A stretch of 64,000 bases of DNA from Chloroflexota bacterium (GCA_044506615.1 JBIQKJ010000005.1:568-64567), one strand, 5' to 3'; positions 8,623-18,441 are shown, counted from the first letter of the stretch. Made by a program: numbers and translations. The notes: generated by a model not told the origin, from the letters alone.

Positions 8623-9039
8623 ATGTCCGAACCTCGTCCGCTCGGCGCGGGGATCGCGTCCGCGCTGCTCGCCGTCGTCGCGCTGGCCGGCGCGATCGGC
8701 GGTCCGTACCTCATCGTGCTCGGCGTCGTCGTGAGCGACGACATCGTCGGGGACGGCTCGACGCTCGTGCTCGCGACCGAGACGCTCGTCGGCGCGGGTT
8801 GCATCGCGCTGGCCGTGGTGGCGCTGCTCGCCGCCCGGGCGATGTGGCGGGGGAGGTCGTGGGCGTGGCCGGCCGCGCTGTTCGTCGGTGTCGCCCTCGT
8901 CGTCGCGACGGCCGTCGTCTACATCGAGGCCGAGTGGTCCAATCTGTACGCGCTCATCGCGGTGCTCGGCGGTGCGCTCGTGCTCACGCTGCTGCCGGTG
9001 TCGGTGCGCCGTGCGTATGGCCTGGCACCGGCGGCCTGA
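8623..9039 (+). CDS. Hypothetical membrane protein (about 4 TM)
   Basis: GGGAGG RBS. Four hydrophobic stretches. Confidence 0.7.
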   Translation: MSEPRPLGAGIASALLAVVALAGAIGGPYLIVLGVVVSDDIVGDGSTLVLATETLVGAGCIALAVVALLAARAMWRGRSWAWPAALFVGVALVVATAVVYIEAEWSNLYALIAVLGGALVLTLLPVSVRRAYGLAPAA

Positions 9040-9045
9040 GGGCGG

Positions 9046-9759
9046 TCAGCGCGGCGCGGCCGCCGCCGCGAACGAGGCCATGTCGGGATAGGTTGCGTCG
9101 GGCCGCGCCTCGGCGCGCGGTGTGGCCCCGGCTCCCGGCCGGTCGTGGCGCCGGTCGATCCAGACCGACGACAGCCCCAGGCGCTGCGCCGGCACGTGGT
9201 CGTGGAACAGGCTCTGGGCGACGTGGAGGATGCGGTCGCGAGGCAGCCCGAGCCGTTCGAAGGCGACGCTGAAGTTGCGCTCCGACGGCTTGTACGAGCC
9301 GACCTGCTCCGCCGTGACGACCCAGTCGAACTCGACCCCGAGCCGCCGCGCCGAGGCGGCGAACAGGTCGTCGTCGCAGTTCGTGATCACACCGAGCCGG
9401 AAACGCTCCTTGAGTCGGGCGAGCGCGGCCGCCGAGTCCGGGAAGGCCGGCCAGTCCACAACGGAACCGCCGAACGCCGCCGCTTCGGCGTCGGTGGGCT
9501 CGACGCCGAACTCGGCGGCCACCGCCCGGAGGCCGCCCGCGAGCACGTCCCGGTAACGCCGGTACGGTCCGGCCTCGAGCGCGGCCTCGTGCTCCGCATA
9601 GCGCTCGAGCAGTTGTTCCGGGTCGGTCGCCACGGCGTGGGCGCGGAACGCCGCGTCGAAGGCGGCGGTCAGGCCGGCCTCCCAGTCGATGAGCGTGCCG
9701 TAGCAGTCGAATGTCAGGGCCTCGAAGCTCGCGTAATCGAGGGGCGTCGTCGCGCTCAT
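9046..9759 (-). CDS. HAD-superfamily hydrolase (haloacid dehalogenase type II-like)
   Basis: FDCYGTLIDW motif I, ITNCD, GSYKP, HVAQSLFHD. Confidence 0.92.
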   Translation of the reverse strand: MSATTPLDYASFEALTFDCYGTLIDWEAGLTAAFDAAFRAHAVATDPEQLLERYAEHEAALEAGPYRRYRDVLAGGLRAVAAEFGVEPTDAEAAAFGGSVVDWPAFPDSAAALARLKERFRLGVITNCDDDLFAASARRLGVEFDWVVTAEQVGSYKPSERNFSVAFERLGLPRDRILHVAQSLFHDHVPAQRLGLSSVWIDRRHDRPGAGATPRAEARPDATYPDMASFAAAAAPR

Positions 9760-10958
9760 GCGGCTCGCACCCCGTCCTTCCAGACCCCGACGATCCGCTC
9801 GCGAAGCGTCGCGACATCGTAGGGGTCGCCTTCGACGAGCACGAGGTCGCCGATCTTGCCCGACTCGATGGTGCCGAGGTCCGCATCGAGACCCATGAGC
9901 TGGGCCGCGCTGCGCGTCGTCGCCTCGAGCGCCGCCGCGGGCGTCATCCCGCCCTCGACCATCAGCGCGAGCTCGCGCAGGTTCTGCCCGTGCGGGGTGA
10001 CCCCCGAATCGGTGCCCATCGCGATCCGAACGCCGGCCTCGACCGCTCGACGGAACGCGGCCCGGTGGATGTCGACGACCCGGTGCGCCTTGTCGACGAC
10101 CGCCGGCGGCAGCGGGACGCCGGCCGCGACCGCGTCGATGACGCCCTGCGGCGCGACGAGCGTCGGGACGAACCAGGCGCCGCGCGCCTGCATGAGCTCG
10201 ATCGCCTCGTCGTCGAGGTAGATCCCGTGCTCGATCGAGCGGATCCCGGCCCGGAGCGCGTTCTTGATGCCCTCGGCGCCCTGCGCGTGCGCCATGACCC
10301 GGATCCCGGCTGCCGTCGCCTCCTCCACGATCGTCTCGAGCTCGGCGGGTCGAAGGTGCGGGTGGCGCGGGTCGTCGCTCGGCGAGAGGACACCACCGCT
10401 CGTCGCGACCTTGATCACGCCCGCGCCGGCGCGGACGAGCTCGCGGACCTTCCGACGCATCTCGTCGGCGCCGTCCGCAATGCCGGAAGGCCGGCCGGGG
10501 TGCTCGCCCATGAACGGGACAATCGAGCCCGACGGGTACCAGTCGTCACCGTGGCCGCCGGTCTGGCTGATCATCACGACCGAGAGCTGGAGCCGAGGAC
10601 CCGGGATCAGCCCGTCGTCGACCGCCTGCTGGATGCCGAGGTCCGCGCCGCCCGCGTCGCGGACGGTCGTGATTCCCGTCCGGAGCGTCGCGTCGAGGTT
10701 CCGCGCCGCCTCGTAGAACTGGTACGAGAACGGCTGCTGGATGCCCTTCCACGTGTCGACGTCGGAGACGACGACGTGGACGTGGCAGTCGAACAGCCCG
10801 GGCAGGATCGTGCAGCCGGAGGCGTCGATCGCCTCGTCGCCGTCGAGCCGCGGGCCGATGTCGACGATCCGGCCGTTCTCGATTGCGACGTCGCCCGGCT
10901 CCGGGTCGCTGCCAGTGCCGTCGAATACCCGCCCACCGCGGAACACCGTTCTCGCCAC
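9756..10958 (-). CDS. Metal-dependent amidohydrolase (Xaa-Pro dipeptidase-like)
   Basis: PGLFDCHVH, IKV, MAHAQG, SIEHG, GTDSG. Start at GTG after a GAGGGAGG RBS. Confidence 0.92.
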   Translation of the reverse strand: MARTVFRGGRVFDGTGSDPEPGDVAIENGRIVDIGPRLDGDEAIDASGCTILPGLFDCHVHVVVSDVDTWKGIQQPFSYQFYEAARNLDATLRTGITTVRDAGGADLGIQQAVDDGLIPGPRLQLSVVMISQTGGHGDDWYPSGSIVPFMGEHPGRPSGIADGADEMRRKVRELVRAGAGVIKVATSGGVLSPSDDPRHPHLRPAELETIVEEATAAGIRVMAHAQGAEGIKNALRAGIRSIEHGIYLDDEAIELMQARGAWFVPTLVAPQGVIDAVAAGVPLPPAVVDKAHRVVDIHRAAFRRAVEAGVRIAMGTDSGVTPHGQNLRELALMVEGGMTPAAALEATTRSAAQLMGLDADLGTIESGKIGDLVLVEGDPYDVATLRERIVGVWKDGVRAA

Positions 10959-11116
10959 GCGCGTCCTGCCTCCCTCTGCCTGGCTGGGTTCGGACATTCT
11001 CTCCGCCGCGACGGTCGCGCGTCGGGGGGCGGCCGCGAGCCGCGTGCAAGGGCAGCGCAAGACGCACCCTGCGTGGCACGAGCCTCAGGGAAGGGAGCAG
11101 CGCGCAGGCTGGCCGT

Positions 11117-11383
11117 GTGCGCGAGGACAGTGCGGAGGACCTCGACCAGCCAGCTGGCGAGACGACGTCCCCCGGCGGCGATCCGCTGCTCGACGCGCTC
11201 GAGCGGCTGCGGGAAGCGGAGGAGCTCCGGCGGCAGGTCCCGCGCGAGTCTCGGGAGTTCGACGATCGGGTGCGTGACGTCGAGGCCTTGGCGCGTGAGG
11301 TGTTCCGGCTCGCCGAGCTGGATGCAGTCGACCACGAGCCGAGCGACGACGAGCGCGACTTCGGCGACGCGGTGCCTCGCTGA
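11117..11383 (+). CDS. Small acidic coiled-coil hypothetical protein
   Basis: Helical-looking DPLLDALERLREAEELRRQ...VEALAREVFRLAE. Start uncertain. Confidence 0.5.
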   Translation: MREDSAEDLDQPAGETTSPGGDPLLDALERLREAEELRRQVPRESREFDDRVRDVEALAREVFRLAELDAVDHEPSDDERDFGDAVPR

Positions 11384-11488
11384 GACCGCGAGCGACCCCC
11401 GCCGGGGCGTTGGGGGCCGCGTTCGGACCATCCGGCACTGGTCGCCCGGCGACGCCTCGGCCTAGCCTCGACCCAAGGAGGTGGCGAC

Positions 11489-11740
11489 ATGCTGGCGCAC
11501 CAGGTCCGCCTCAGGGTCGTGCCGTGGAGCGATACCTCGTTCACCCACGCGGTCGAGGGGGTCTTCCGCGAGATCGAGGACAGCGGGCTCGCGATCGACT
11601 GTCCGCGCGCCGCCGAGGTGGCCCAATCCATGCTCCGGGAACGCGGCTGGCCCCGCGCGGTCGTCGGGTACTGGCGCAACGTCGACGAGGTCCTGAGCCA
11701 CCAGGCGCACTGGACGGTCTACCGGGAGCGGTCCGACTAG
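11489..11740 (+). CDS. Small hypothetical protein (83 aa)
   Basis: Strong AAGGAGGT RBS and protein-like composition. Confidence 0.7.
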   Translation: MLAHQVRLRVVPWSDTSFTHAVEGVFREIEDSGLAIDCPRAAEVAQSMLRERGWPRAVVGYWRNVDEVLSHQAHWTVYRERSD

Positions 11741-11794
11741 CCCCATCCCGGCGCCTCCAGGGTTGCCCCGCCGCGCACGGGAGCGACCGGCGGC

Positions 11795-11820
11795 GGAACG
11801 TTGCACGGCCGATCATCGTC
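11795..11820 (+). promoter_or_regulatory. Putative ECF-sigma promoter GGAAC-N17-CGTC
   Basis: GGAAC at 11795-11799, CGTC at 11817-11820, 9 nt before the ATG at 11830. Confidence 0.4.
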
Positions 11821-11829
11821 TGGACGATC

Positions 11830-12582
11830 ATGCGACCCGTGATCCGCCGCCTCGCCGTCTTCCTTGCCGTCGCCCTCCTTGTCGTCGGCTGCGCCTCGTC
11901 CGGGGCGGCCAGCCTCGGCCCGGGTTCGAGCCCGGCACCGAGCGCCGGCGCCGCCTCTCCCGCACCGGCTCCCAGCCTCGAGCCGGTCACTGATGCAGAG
12001 GACGCCGTCGCGCGCGTCGTGGCGTTCGACCCGCGACTGACCGGGATCATGCCGCTCGATCCCGATTTCATCGGGCAGTCCTCGTGGTACGAGGTGTCCC
12101 GGGTCGAGGGCGGCTATCGGGTTGACGTCACGATCGGCTGGGGAGACTGCCCGGCAGGCTGCATCGACCGACACACGTGGTCGTACCTGGTCGCCGATGA
12201 CGGCCGGGTTGCCCTCGTCGACGAGGAGGGCGAGCCCGTGCCGTCGAGCGAGTGGCCCTCGCCGGCCGGCACGGGCAAGACCGGGCTGCTGATCCGGACC
12301 GTCGCCGGCCCGACGTGCCCGGTGGAGCGGCCCGACGACCCGACATGTCTGCCGCGTCCCGTGCCTGCCGCCAACCTCGTCGTCACCGACCCTGCGGGGA
12401 ACGAGGTTGCTCGCGCGGTGACCGACGGCGGCGGCGCCATCTTCGTCGAGCTTCCGGCCGGCGAGTACGAGGTCGTCGCCCGCCCGATCGAGGGCTACGT
12501 CGCCTTCCCCGAGCCGATCGATGTCGTCGTCACCGAGGGCGAGACGCCCGTCGAGCTGCTCTACGACACCGGCATCCGCTGA
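11830..12582 (+). CDS. Lipoprotein with C-terminal carboxypeptidase-regulatory-like (beta-sandwich) domain
   Basis: Signal peptide with lipobox LVVGC, Pro/Ser linker, paired Cys (GDCPAGC; GPTCPVE...C), ELPAGEYEV. Confidence 0.8.
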   Translation: MRPVIRRLAVFLAVALLVVGCASSGAASLGPGSSPAPSAGAASPAPAPSLEPVTDAEDAVARVVAFDPRLTGIMPLDPDFIGQSSWYEVSRVEGGYRVDVTIGWGDCPAGCIDRHTWSYLVADDGRVALVDEEGEPVPSSEWPSPAGTGKTGLLIRTVAGPTCPVERPDDPTCLPRPVPAANLVVTDPAGNEVARAVTDGGGAIFVELPAGEYEVVARPIEGYVAFPEPIDVVVTEGETPVELLYDTGIR

Positions 12583-12617
12583 CGCCGTTCGCCGCCGGGG
12601 CGAGGTCGCGACAACGT

Positions 12618-12647
12618 GAAGACCCCGGGCAGGTGCCCGGGGTCTTC
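12618..12647. terminator. Bidirectional hairpin terminator between convergent genes
   Basis: GAAGACCCCGGGC-AGGT-GCCCGGGGTCTTC, perfect 13-bp stem. Confidence 0.8.
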
Positions 12648-12681
12648 GGCGCGCGCTGGCGTCCTGTCACACGCCCCGCGA

Positions 12682-13650
12682 TCAATCCACGAGCTTCACG
12701 ATGTAGACGCCGGTCCCGAGCTGGGACGCCGAGTGGGTGGGATTCACGACGAGCTGATCGGCGTTCACCGGGGAGACGAAGTACCCGCTGATCACCTTGT
12801 CGCTGCCGCCCTGGACCGAGGTGAGCTTGAAGTACGCCCAGCCGACCATCTCGCCCTCATCGTTCACGACGGGCACCGGGAACACCTTGTTGAGGTGCTG
12901 CTCGAGCGCGGTGAACAGCGTCGTGTGGGCACCCGAGTTGAGCGGGCCGATGTCGTCGTCGAGGTAGACGGTGGTGCTGGCGCCGCCGCCGTCGATCAGC
13001 TCGCGGACGCCCTGCGAGTTCGCGTTGCAGGGGTTGCCGCTCGCGGTGCAGAAGATCGTCCAGTTGAACTGGGTGCCGTCCTGGGGCACGTCCTCGTTGC
13101 CGGTGCCCGGCAGCTGGTAGACCTCGGGAACGCAGGTCTGGACGGTCTCGTCGCAGATCGCGCCCGGGAAGGCCTTCTCGTTGAAGAGCAGCGGCATGGC
13201 CCCGATCGCGCCGTTCGGCGCGCCGCTCGAGATCGTCGCCGCAGTCACCGATACCGGCCACTCGGTCATGCCCATCACCGCCGCGAAGTTGTTGCGGTGC
13301 GGCTTCGTGATGTCGACGCGGACGCGCGCGAGCATGCTCGTTGCGGCGACCGTGACGTTCACGTCGACGCTCGACGCGCCGTCGGTGTAGCCGTTCTGGG
13401 TGGTGACCGCATGGGCGGCTGCCTCGGCGGCGGCGGTGCGCTCGGCCGTCGTGCCCGTGGCGTTCAGGTAGGCTGTGGCGCCCGCGATCGAGGCGAGGTC
13501 GGCGACGTTCTGCTCATCGCGCCGCTGCGAGAAGGCGCTCCCGGTGTCGAGCACGAGCCCGACGCCACCGATGATCGCGATCAGCGCAATCGCGAAGATG
13601 ACGAGGACCTGGCCCCGCTGCCCGGGACGAGCGCGATGGCTGGCGTGCAT
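12682..13650 (-). CDS. tadG: TadG-like pilus assembly/tip protein (cassette A)
   Basis: GQVLVIFAIAL...LVLDTG...QNVADLASIAGA Tad_N signature. AAGGAG RBS. Confidence 0.88.
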   Translation of the reverse strand: MHASHRARPGQRGQVLVIFAIALIAIIGGVGLVLDTGSAFSQRRDEQNVADLASIAGATAYLNATGTTAERTAAAEAAAHAVTTQNGYTDGASSVDVNVTVAATSMLARVRVDITKPHRNNFAAVMGMTEWPVSVTAATISSGAPNGAIGAMPLLFNEKAFPGAICDETVQTCVPEVYQLPGTGNEDVPQDGTQFNWTIFCTASGNPCNANSQGVRELIDGGGASTTVYLDDDIGPLNSGAHTTLFTALEQHLNKVFPVPVVNDEGEMVGWAYFKLTSVQGGSDKVISGYFVSPVNADQLVVNPTHSASQLGTGVYIVKLVD

Positions 13651-13667
13651 GGTGGTCGGCTCCTTGC

Positions 13668-14129
13668 TCACGGGATCTTCACCCGGCTGATCGACTCGAG
13701 GGTGTGGCTGCCGAACATCGCGACGATCGGGGTGATCGGCTGGAACTGGGCCCGGACGCGGACCTTGACGAAGTTGCCGGAGCGGCAGCTCGCGTCGGCG
13801 ATCGCGACGTCGGTGACGTCGACGCAGGTCACGTCCGACGACGTGTTGATGACGAGGCTCGGAATGGTTCCGCGCTGCGTCCCGACGACGGCCTGGGCGC
13901 GCGAGCTCGACCCGAGATCGCAGCAGGTGTCGTACGGATGGACGCTGGTGACGCGGGCGATCTCGCGAGCCGCTTCGGCCGTCCCGTTCATCATGTAGAT
14001 CGCCCGACCGAGGTCGAAGATCCCCATGAACAGGATCAGCAGCGGGATCAGGACGACGGCGAACTCGGCCATCGACTGGCCCTCGGTCCGGCGTCGGCGG
14101 GACGGTCGCAGGGAGGTGGGTGTGCTCAT
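13668..14129 (-). CDS. tadE: TadE-family pseudopilin (cassette A)
   Basis: EGQSMAEFAVVL...DLGR...AAREIAR. Confidence 0.88.
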   Translation of the reverse strand: MSTPTSLRPSRRRRTEGQSMAEFAVVLIPLLILFMGIFDLGRAIYMMNGTAEAAREIARVTSVHPYDTCCDLGSSSRAQAVVGTQRGTIPSLVINTSSDVTCVDVTDVAIADASCRSGNFVKVRVRAQFQPITPIVAMFGSHTLESISRVKIP

Positions 14130-14140
14130 CGAGATCGTCC

Positions 14141-15148
14141 TCAGTTCGGCCGGTAGTGCAGGACGATCTCGGTCGAGGTCGAGATGCACTGCGTGTGGTC
14201 GGGGTTCTGGGCCTGGATGCGGCCCTTCTGCCCGTTCGTGAGGTCGTTCCAGATCGTCACGTTCTCGAAGCCCGTGTCCTCGAGCGCCTGCTCGGCTGCC
14301 GACGGCGTCATGCCCATCACGTTGGCGGGGTAGGCGCAGGAGGGCGTCGGCGTCGGGCTCGGGGAGCCGGTCGCGGTCGCGGTCGGCGTCGGCGACGGGC
14401 CGTTGACGGTGATCGTCACGGTGTCGGTGTCGGACCCGGCGAGGTTGATCGCGGTGACGGTAACCGTGTATTCCCCGGGGGTCGTGAACGTGTGCGAGAA
14501 GGTGGCTGAGCCGGTGGCGACGGTACCGTCGCTGACCTGCCACTGCCAGTCGGTCGGCGTCCCGCTCGAGCCCGAGGCATCGAAGTTGACGGTCAGCGGC
14601 GCATTCCCGGAGAGCTGGTCAGCCTGAATGACGGCCACAGGACCCGGCGGGAGCGTGGCGGCCGTCGCGGGCGGGAAGTACTCGACCTGGGCCGTGGCGC
14701 TCGCGTCGAGGTCGAGCGTCTGCCCACCGAAGATGGCGCTGAGGAGCGGCGTCAGCAGTCGGAACGTCCCCTCGACGCTCACCGTGACGTAGCTCCCGCT
14801 CTGCTTCGGGCAGCCCGAGACGCTGCAGTCCATGTCGATGCTGCCGTCCGCAATGGCAATCATCGAGTCCTTCGCCTCGAGCTGGACCCGGCACACGACG
14901 AGGTTCGACGTCGTGTTGCACGGCTGGCCGGACTGGAAGGAGTCAGGCTTCTGGGCGGCCTGCAGCGCGCCCTCCCGGGCGGCGTTGTTGAGCGTGATCG
15001 TCGCGTAGAAGACGCGCCCGAGGTCCAGCGTGGCCGCGACGAGCAGCAGCAGGACCGGGACGACCAGCGCGAACTCGACCAGGCTCTGGCCGCGGCCGCG
15101 TCGGCGGCGCGCTGTCGTGATGTGACGGAACGGGAGCATGGGCGTCAC
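14141..15148 (-). CDS. tadE: TadE-family pseudopilin with PKD and PASTA domains (cassette A)
   Basis: GQSLVEFAL...AAREGA; PKD GNAPLTVNFDAS...FTTPGEYTVTVTA; PASTA PANVMG...AEQALEDTGF...QAQNP. Start may be ATG 15139. Confidence 0.88.
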   Translation of the reverse strand: MTPMLPFRHITTARRRRGRGQSLVEFALVVPVLLLLVAATLDLGRVFYATITLNNAAREGALQAAQKPDSFQSGQPCNTTSNLVVCRVQLEAKDSMIAIADGSIDMDCSVSGCPKQSGSYVTVSVEGTFRLLTPLLSAIFGGQTLDLDASATAQVEYFPPATAATLPPGPVAVIQADQLSGNAPLTVNFDASGSSGTPTDWQWQVSDGTVATGSATFSHTFTTPGEYTVTVTAINLAGSDTDTVTITVNGPSPTPTATATGSPSPTPTPSCAYPANVMGMTPSAAEQALEDTGFENVTIWNDLTNGQKGRIQAQNPDHTQCISTSTEIVLHYRPN

Positions 15149-15296
15149 CGAATGTTCGGAAGGAAACGACGTGCCGATGCTGGATCGGCGCCATTTCAGC
15201 CTTCCTTGAATCGGTGCGCGGACGCATAGCCCGAACGGGGTAACGACCGGAGCCGATGGTCAGCGGGCGAGGCCGGCGCTCGGTGGTCGCAGACAC

Positions 15297-15328
15297 GACG
15301 ACGCCGCGCCTCCCGGCGCGGCGTCGTC
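15297..15328. terminator. Hairpin downstream of cassette B
   Basis: GACGACGCCGCGCC-TCCC-GGCGCGGCGTCGTC, perfect 14-bp stem. Confidence 0.7.
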
Positions 15329-15354
15329 TTCTCCTGGGATCGAGTGCTTGGGGG

Positions 15355-16560
15355 TCAGCGAACGAGCTGAATGCCGATCGCGCCCGGTCTGTTGTCGCCG
15401 TTGCCCCCCGGCGTAATCGGGCCCGCGGTCACGTAGTTCACGAACCAGCCCTTGAGGCAACCGAGGAATCCCGCACCACTCGTCACGGGCACGAGCGGCG
15501 TGCCGGGGGGTGACGCGCACGCGGTCTTGTTGCTGCCCTGAACGAGCACTTCGTGCGTGTAGAACACGCCCAGAGTGTGGATGTAGTACCAGGTGTTGTT
15601 GCCGTGCGGATCGACGCCCGGCAAGCTGCAAATGTCCGTGTCGCCCGGATCCTCGCGGCAGGCCTGGTTGTGAAGGGGGATGAGAACCGGCGTATGAATC
15701 CAGGTCTCGAGCTCATCCTCGACCGAGTTCGGATTGCCCGTCTGAATCTGGAACCAATCCGGCAAGTCAACGGTCGTGTTCAGAGGGCCAATGATTTCGT
15801 CGGCGAGATTCATCCCGGCGACGACATCGAGGAACCCGAAGGCGCCGGTCGACTCACCGGACCCGCGGCACAGGGGCAGAATCGCCATGGTGCTCGCGTT
15901 GCCGTCAGGGTCTCCGGCCGTCGGCAGGTCCTCCATTCCGACGACTGGCCAATAGCCCTCTCCGCTAGCGCCGGGCGGAGGGGCGCCGATCCATGTGCCG
16001 CCGGGGATCAACTCTCCTGAGCCATTGCACTCCGGCACCTTCACCGGGAACGTGATCGGCAGGAGAGCGCAACCGTCTTCATCGGCAACGCATTCGCCGC
16101 TCAGGTTCCCGGCGACGACGGTGGCGTCAGCCGAGGCGGTGAGCTGATTGACGCCCACGACGCGAGAGAAGGTTGTCTGGACGTCCCGATCACCGCCGAC
16201 ACGCACCCCCTCAGCACCCGATGGGATCGGACCGGGGTCATTGACGACGTCCTGGCCGATCGGGTTTCCAAAGTCATCTGTGTAGACGGCCGACCAGTCC
16301 TGGAGGCCGTTCGCCGCAGCTGCCGAGGCGATGGCGGCGTAGACCTGCGCGCCGGTGCGGCTCGCCGGTCCAAGGTTCTCAGCGATGACAAGGGCGCCAG
16401 CCGTAGCCGCCCCATCCGCCCCGTTCTGCGCCAGCCGCTGCTGGGCGAACGCCGCGCCGCCATCGATCAGGAGGCCCGTCATGGCGACGACCACGACGAG
16501 GGCAAGCGCGAAGACGACGATGATTTGGCCTCGCTTCTGGCGGGACCGCTCCGTTGACAT
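15355..16560 (-). CDS. tadG: TadG-like pilus assembly/tip protein (cassette B)
   Basis: RGQIIVVFALAL...LIDGG...QNGADGAATAGA. GAGAGG RBS before MSTERS. Confidence 0.85.
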   Translation of the reverse strand: MSTERSRQKRGQIIVVFALALVVVVAMTGLLIDGGAAFAQQRLAQNGADGAATAGALVIAENLGPASRTGAQVYAAIASAAAANGLQDWSAVYTDDFGNPIGQDVVNDPGPIPSGAEGVRVGGDRDVQTTFSRVVGVNQLTASADATVVAGNLSGECVADEDGCALLPITFPVKVPECNGSGELIPGGTWIGAPPPGASGEGYWPVVGMEDLPTAGDPDGNASTMAILPLCRGSGESTGAFGFLDVVAGMNLADEIIGPLNTTVDLPDWFQIQTGNPNSVEDELETWIHTPVLIPLHNQACREDPGDTDICSLPGVDPHGNNTWYYIHTLGVFYTHEVLVQGSNKTACASPPGTPLVPVTSGAGFLGCLKGWFVNYVTAGPITPGGNGDNRPGAIGIQLVR

Positions 16561-16604
16561 CGGGTACCTCTCGAAGGCTGGGCTGACGGGGCTTCGATGG
16601 CGCG

Positions 16605-17096
16605 TCATGGTTGCCTCGGGCAAGACGCGGACGAGCTGTAGGCCGGGATGTCGGGGTTCGGGCAGATGAACTCGACGGGCAGCTCGGACCGTGCCTGGAA
16701 CGTGATCGGGCCGATGATCGAGGAGAAGATCGGCGTAATCAGTGACCAATCGGACTGCGGTGCGACGACCGCGATGCATCCGACGCGGACTGGCGAACAT
16801 GCAGCGTTGGCAGTCGGATCACCCGCGTTCGGTCCACTCTCCCTGAACTGCACGACCGATCCCAGGTTGGATACGGCTCCCGCGAACGTCGTGGCCTGAA
16901 CTCGCTGACCGATGAGGGCGGGATCTTGATTCACGATCGCGAGGCGGGCGCCTTCCCGCGCGGCGTTCGTCAACCCGTTGTAGAGCAGCACCGCCCGCCC
17001 GAGGTCGAACACCGCGAGGAGCAGCAGGAGGGCGATCGGGATGACAATCGCGAACTCGGCGAGCGTCTGGCCCCAGCCGGCCTTCTGTCGTTCCAC
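16605..17096 (-). CDS. tadE: TadE-family pseudopilin (cassette B)
   Basis: GQTLAEFAIVIP...DLGR...NAAREGAR. Confidence 0.88.
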   Translation of the reverse strand: MERQKAGWGQTLAEFAIVIPIALLLLLAVFDLGRAVLLYNGLTNAAREGARLAIVNQDPALIGQRVQATTFAGAVSNLGSVVQFRESGPNAGDPTANAACSPVRVGCIAVVAPQSDWSLITPIFSSIIGPITFQARSELPVEFICPNPDIPAYSSSASCPRQP

Positions 17097-17098
17097 GG

Positions 17099-18367
17099 CT
17101 ACGGCCCCACCGTGATCGTCGAGTCACAACCACCTGGCTGTGGGTCGACAGTCCCGCCGAGGATCGATTGGAAGTGGATGTCGTAGTTGCCGTTTCCTGG
17201 CCGGTAGAGGACGTCCGTGGTGAAGCCGGCAGCATCCCAGATCCCCTGGGCGGCGTTCTTCTTCCGGTTGGCGAAGTCCGGCACGGTGCACGTGGGCCGG
17301 CTCACGACGATGTAGTCCTCTTTCGTCACTGACGATGTTGTCGTCCCGTCGGACACCGTCAACGTGACGTCGTACGAGCCCTCATCTGCATAGGTATGGC
17401 TCGGGTTCTGCCCCGTGGCCGTGCCGCCGTCTCCGAACTCCCACTGGTAGCTGGTGTAGGTGATTGTGCCACTGCGCACATCGACGAACTGGAAATCGAC
17501 GTCGAGTCCCTCGAGCCCGGACCGCGGGGAGCCAGTGAACTCGGCGATCGGTCCCGTATCCGGGGGTACGGTTACGGTGATCCAGTCATTCAGCTGCTCC
17601 GAATCCGAGCCTGCAGGGTTTCCTACCGTGAGCGAGACCCCCCACGTGCAGGTATCCCCTGGATCTCCGGTGCAGGTGTAGGTGATCGTGTGCGGCCCTT
17701 CGCTCGTATCCACGTCGTCACTCACGTCGCCCGTTGCGCCACCGGTGGTCGCCGGGGCGACGCTGAAGTCCCAGTTCCAACTCGTCGGACCATTCTTTGA
17801 CGTGTCAGTCACTGTCACATCCAGTTCCGACCAACCCGTCCGAGGCGAGACGGTGAACCCAGCAACCGGGGCGATACCGATGGGTGCGCCGCCTCCGGGC
17901 ACGGTCGACACGACCCCTTCCTTAATCGGCATCGTCGCGCTTCCCGTCGCCAGGATCGAATTGCCGACGACCTGCGAGATGATCGGCGTGATCAGCCCGA
18001 ACTCGCAGCTGATGCTGACCTGGACGTGAGCGCCGAGCGCCGTCCCGCCGAAGATCGGGTCGGGAAGAGGATCCTGCGGTTCGCACCCGACCGCGAAGCG
18101 GGCGTCGTTCGAGATCATTTGGCGATAACGCCCCTGCTTGGACGCATCGGGGGTCGCGTCCCAGGCAGTGGCGTTGTTCGCGGCGTAGTTAGCCGCGACC
18201 CGAGCCATCTGCTGAAGGTTCACCCAGCCCAGGTAGATCCGCCCGAAGTCCAATGCGACGAGGACCAGGAGTAGCAGCACGGGAACGAAGAGCGCGAATT
18301 CGACGAGGCTTTGGCCTCGACGGCGCAGTCGGCGGCGGCTCGCCTGAGTGGCGGCAGGGACCGGCAT
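17099..18367 (-). CDS. tadE: TadE-family pseudopilin with two PKD domains and a PASTA-like domain (cassette B)
   Basis: GQSLVEFAL; two PKD repeats (W.W.F; YQWEFGDG...PSHTY...G.YDVTLTV); CTVPDF...AAQGIWDAAGF. Confidence 0.88.
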   Translation of the reverse strand: MPVPAATQASRRRLRRRGQSLVEFALFVPVLLLLVLVALDFGRIYLGWVNLQQMARVAANYAANNATAWDATPDASKQGRYRQMISNDARFAVGCEPQDPLPDPIFGGTALGAHVQVSISCEFGLITPIISQVVGNSILATGSATMPIKEGVVSTVPGGGAPIGIAPVAGFTVSPRTGWSELDVTVTDTSKNGPTSWNWDFSVAPATTGGATGDVSDDVDTSEGPHTITYTCTGDPGDTCTWGVSLTVGNPAGSDSEQLNDWITVTVPPDTGPIAEFTGSPRSGLEGLDVDFQFVDVRSGTITYTSYQWEFGDGGTATGQNPSHTYADEGSYDVTLTVSDGTTTSSVTKEDYIVVSRPTCTVPDFANRKKNAAQGIWDAAGFTTDVLYRPGNGNYDIHFQSILGGTVDPQPGGCDSTITVGP

Positions 18368-18441
18368 CAGTACCCCCAAGGAACTAGGAGAATCGTCCCG
18401 TATGGTGGCGGGGGCACCTTACAGTCGACCTTACCGCGGTG

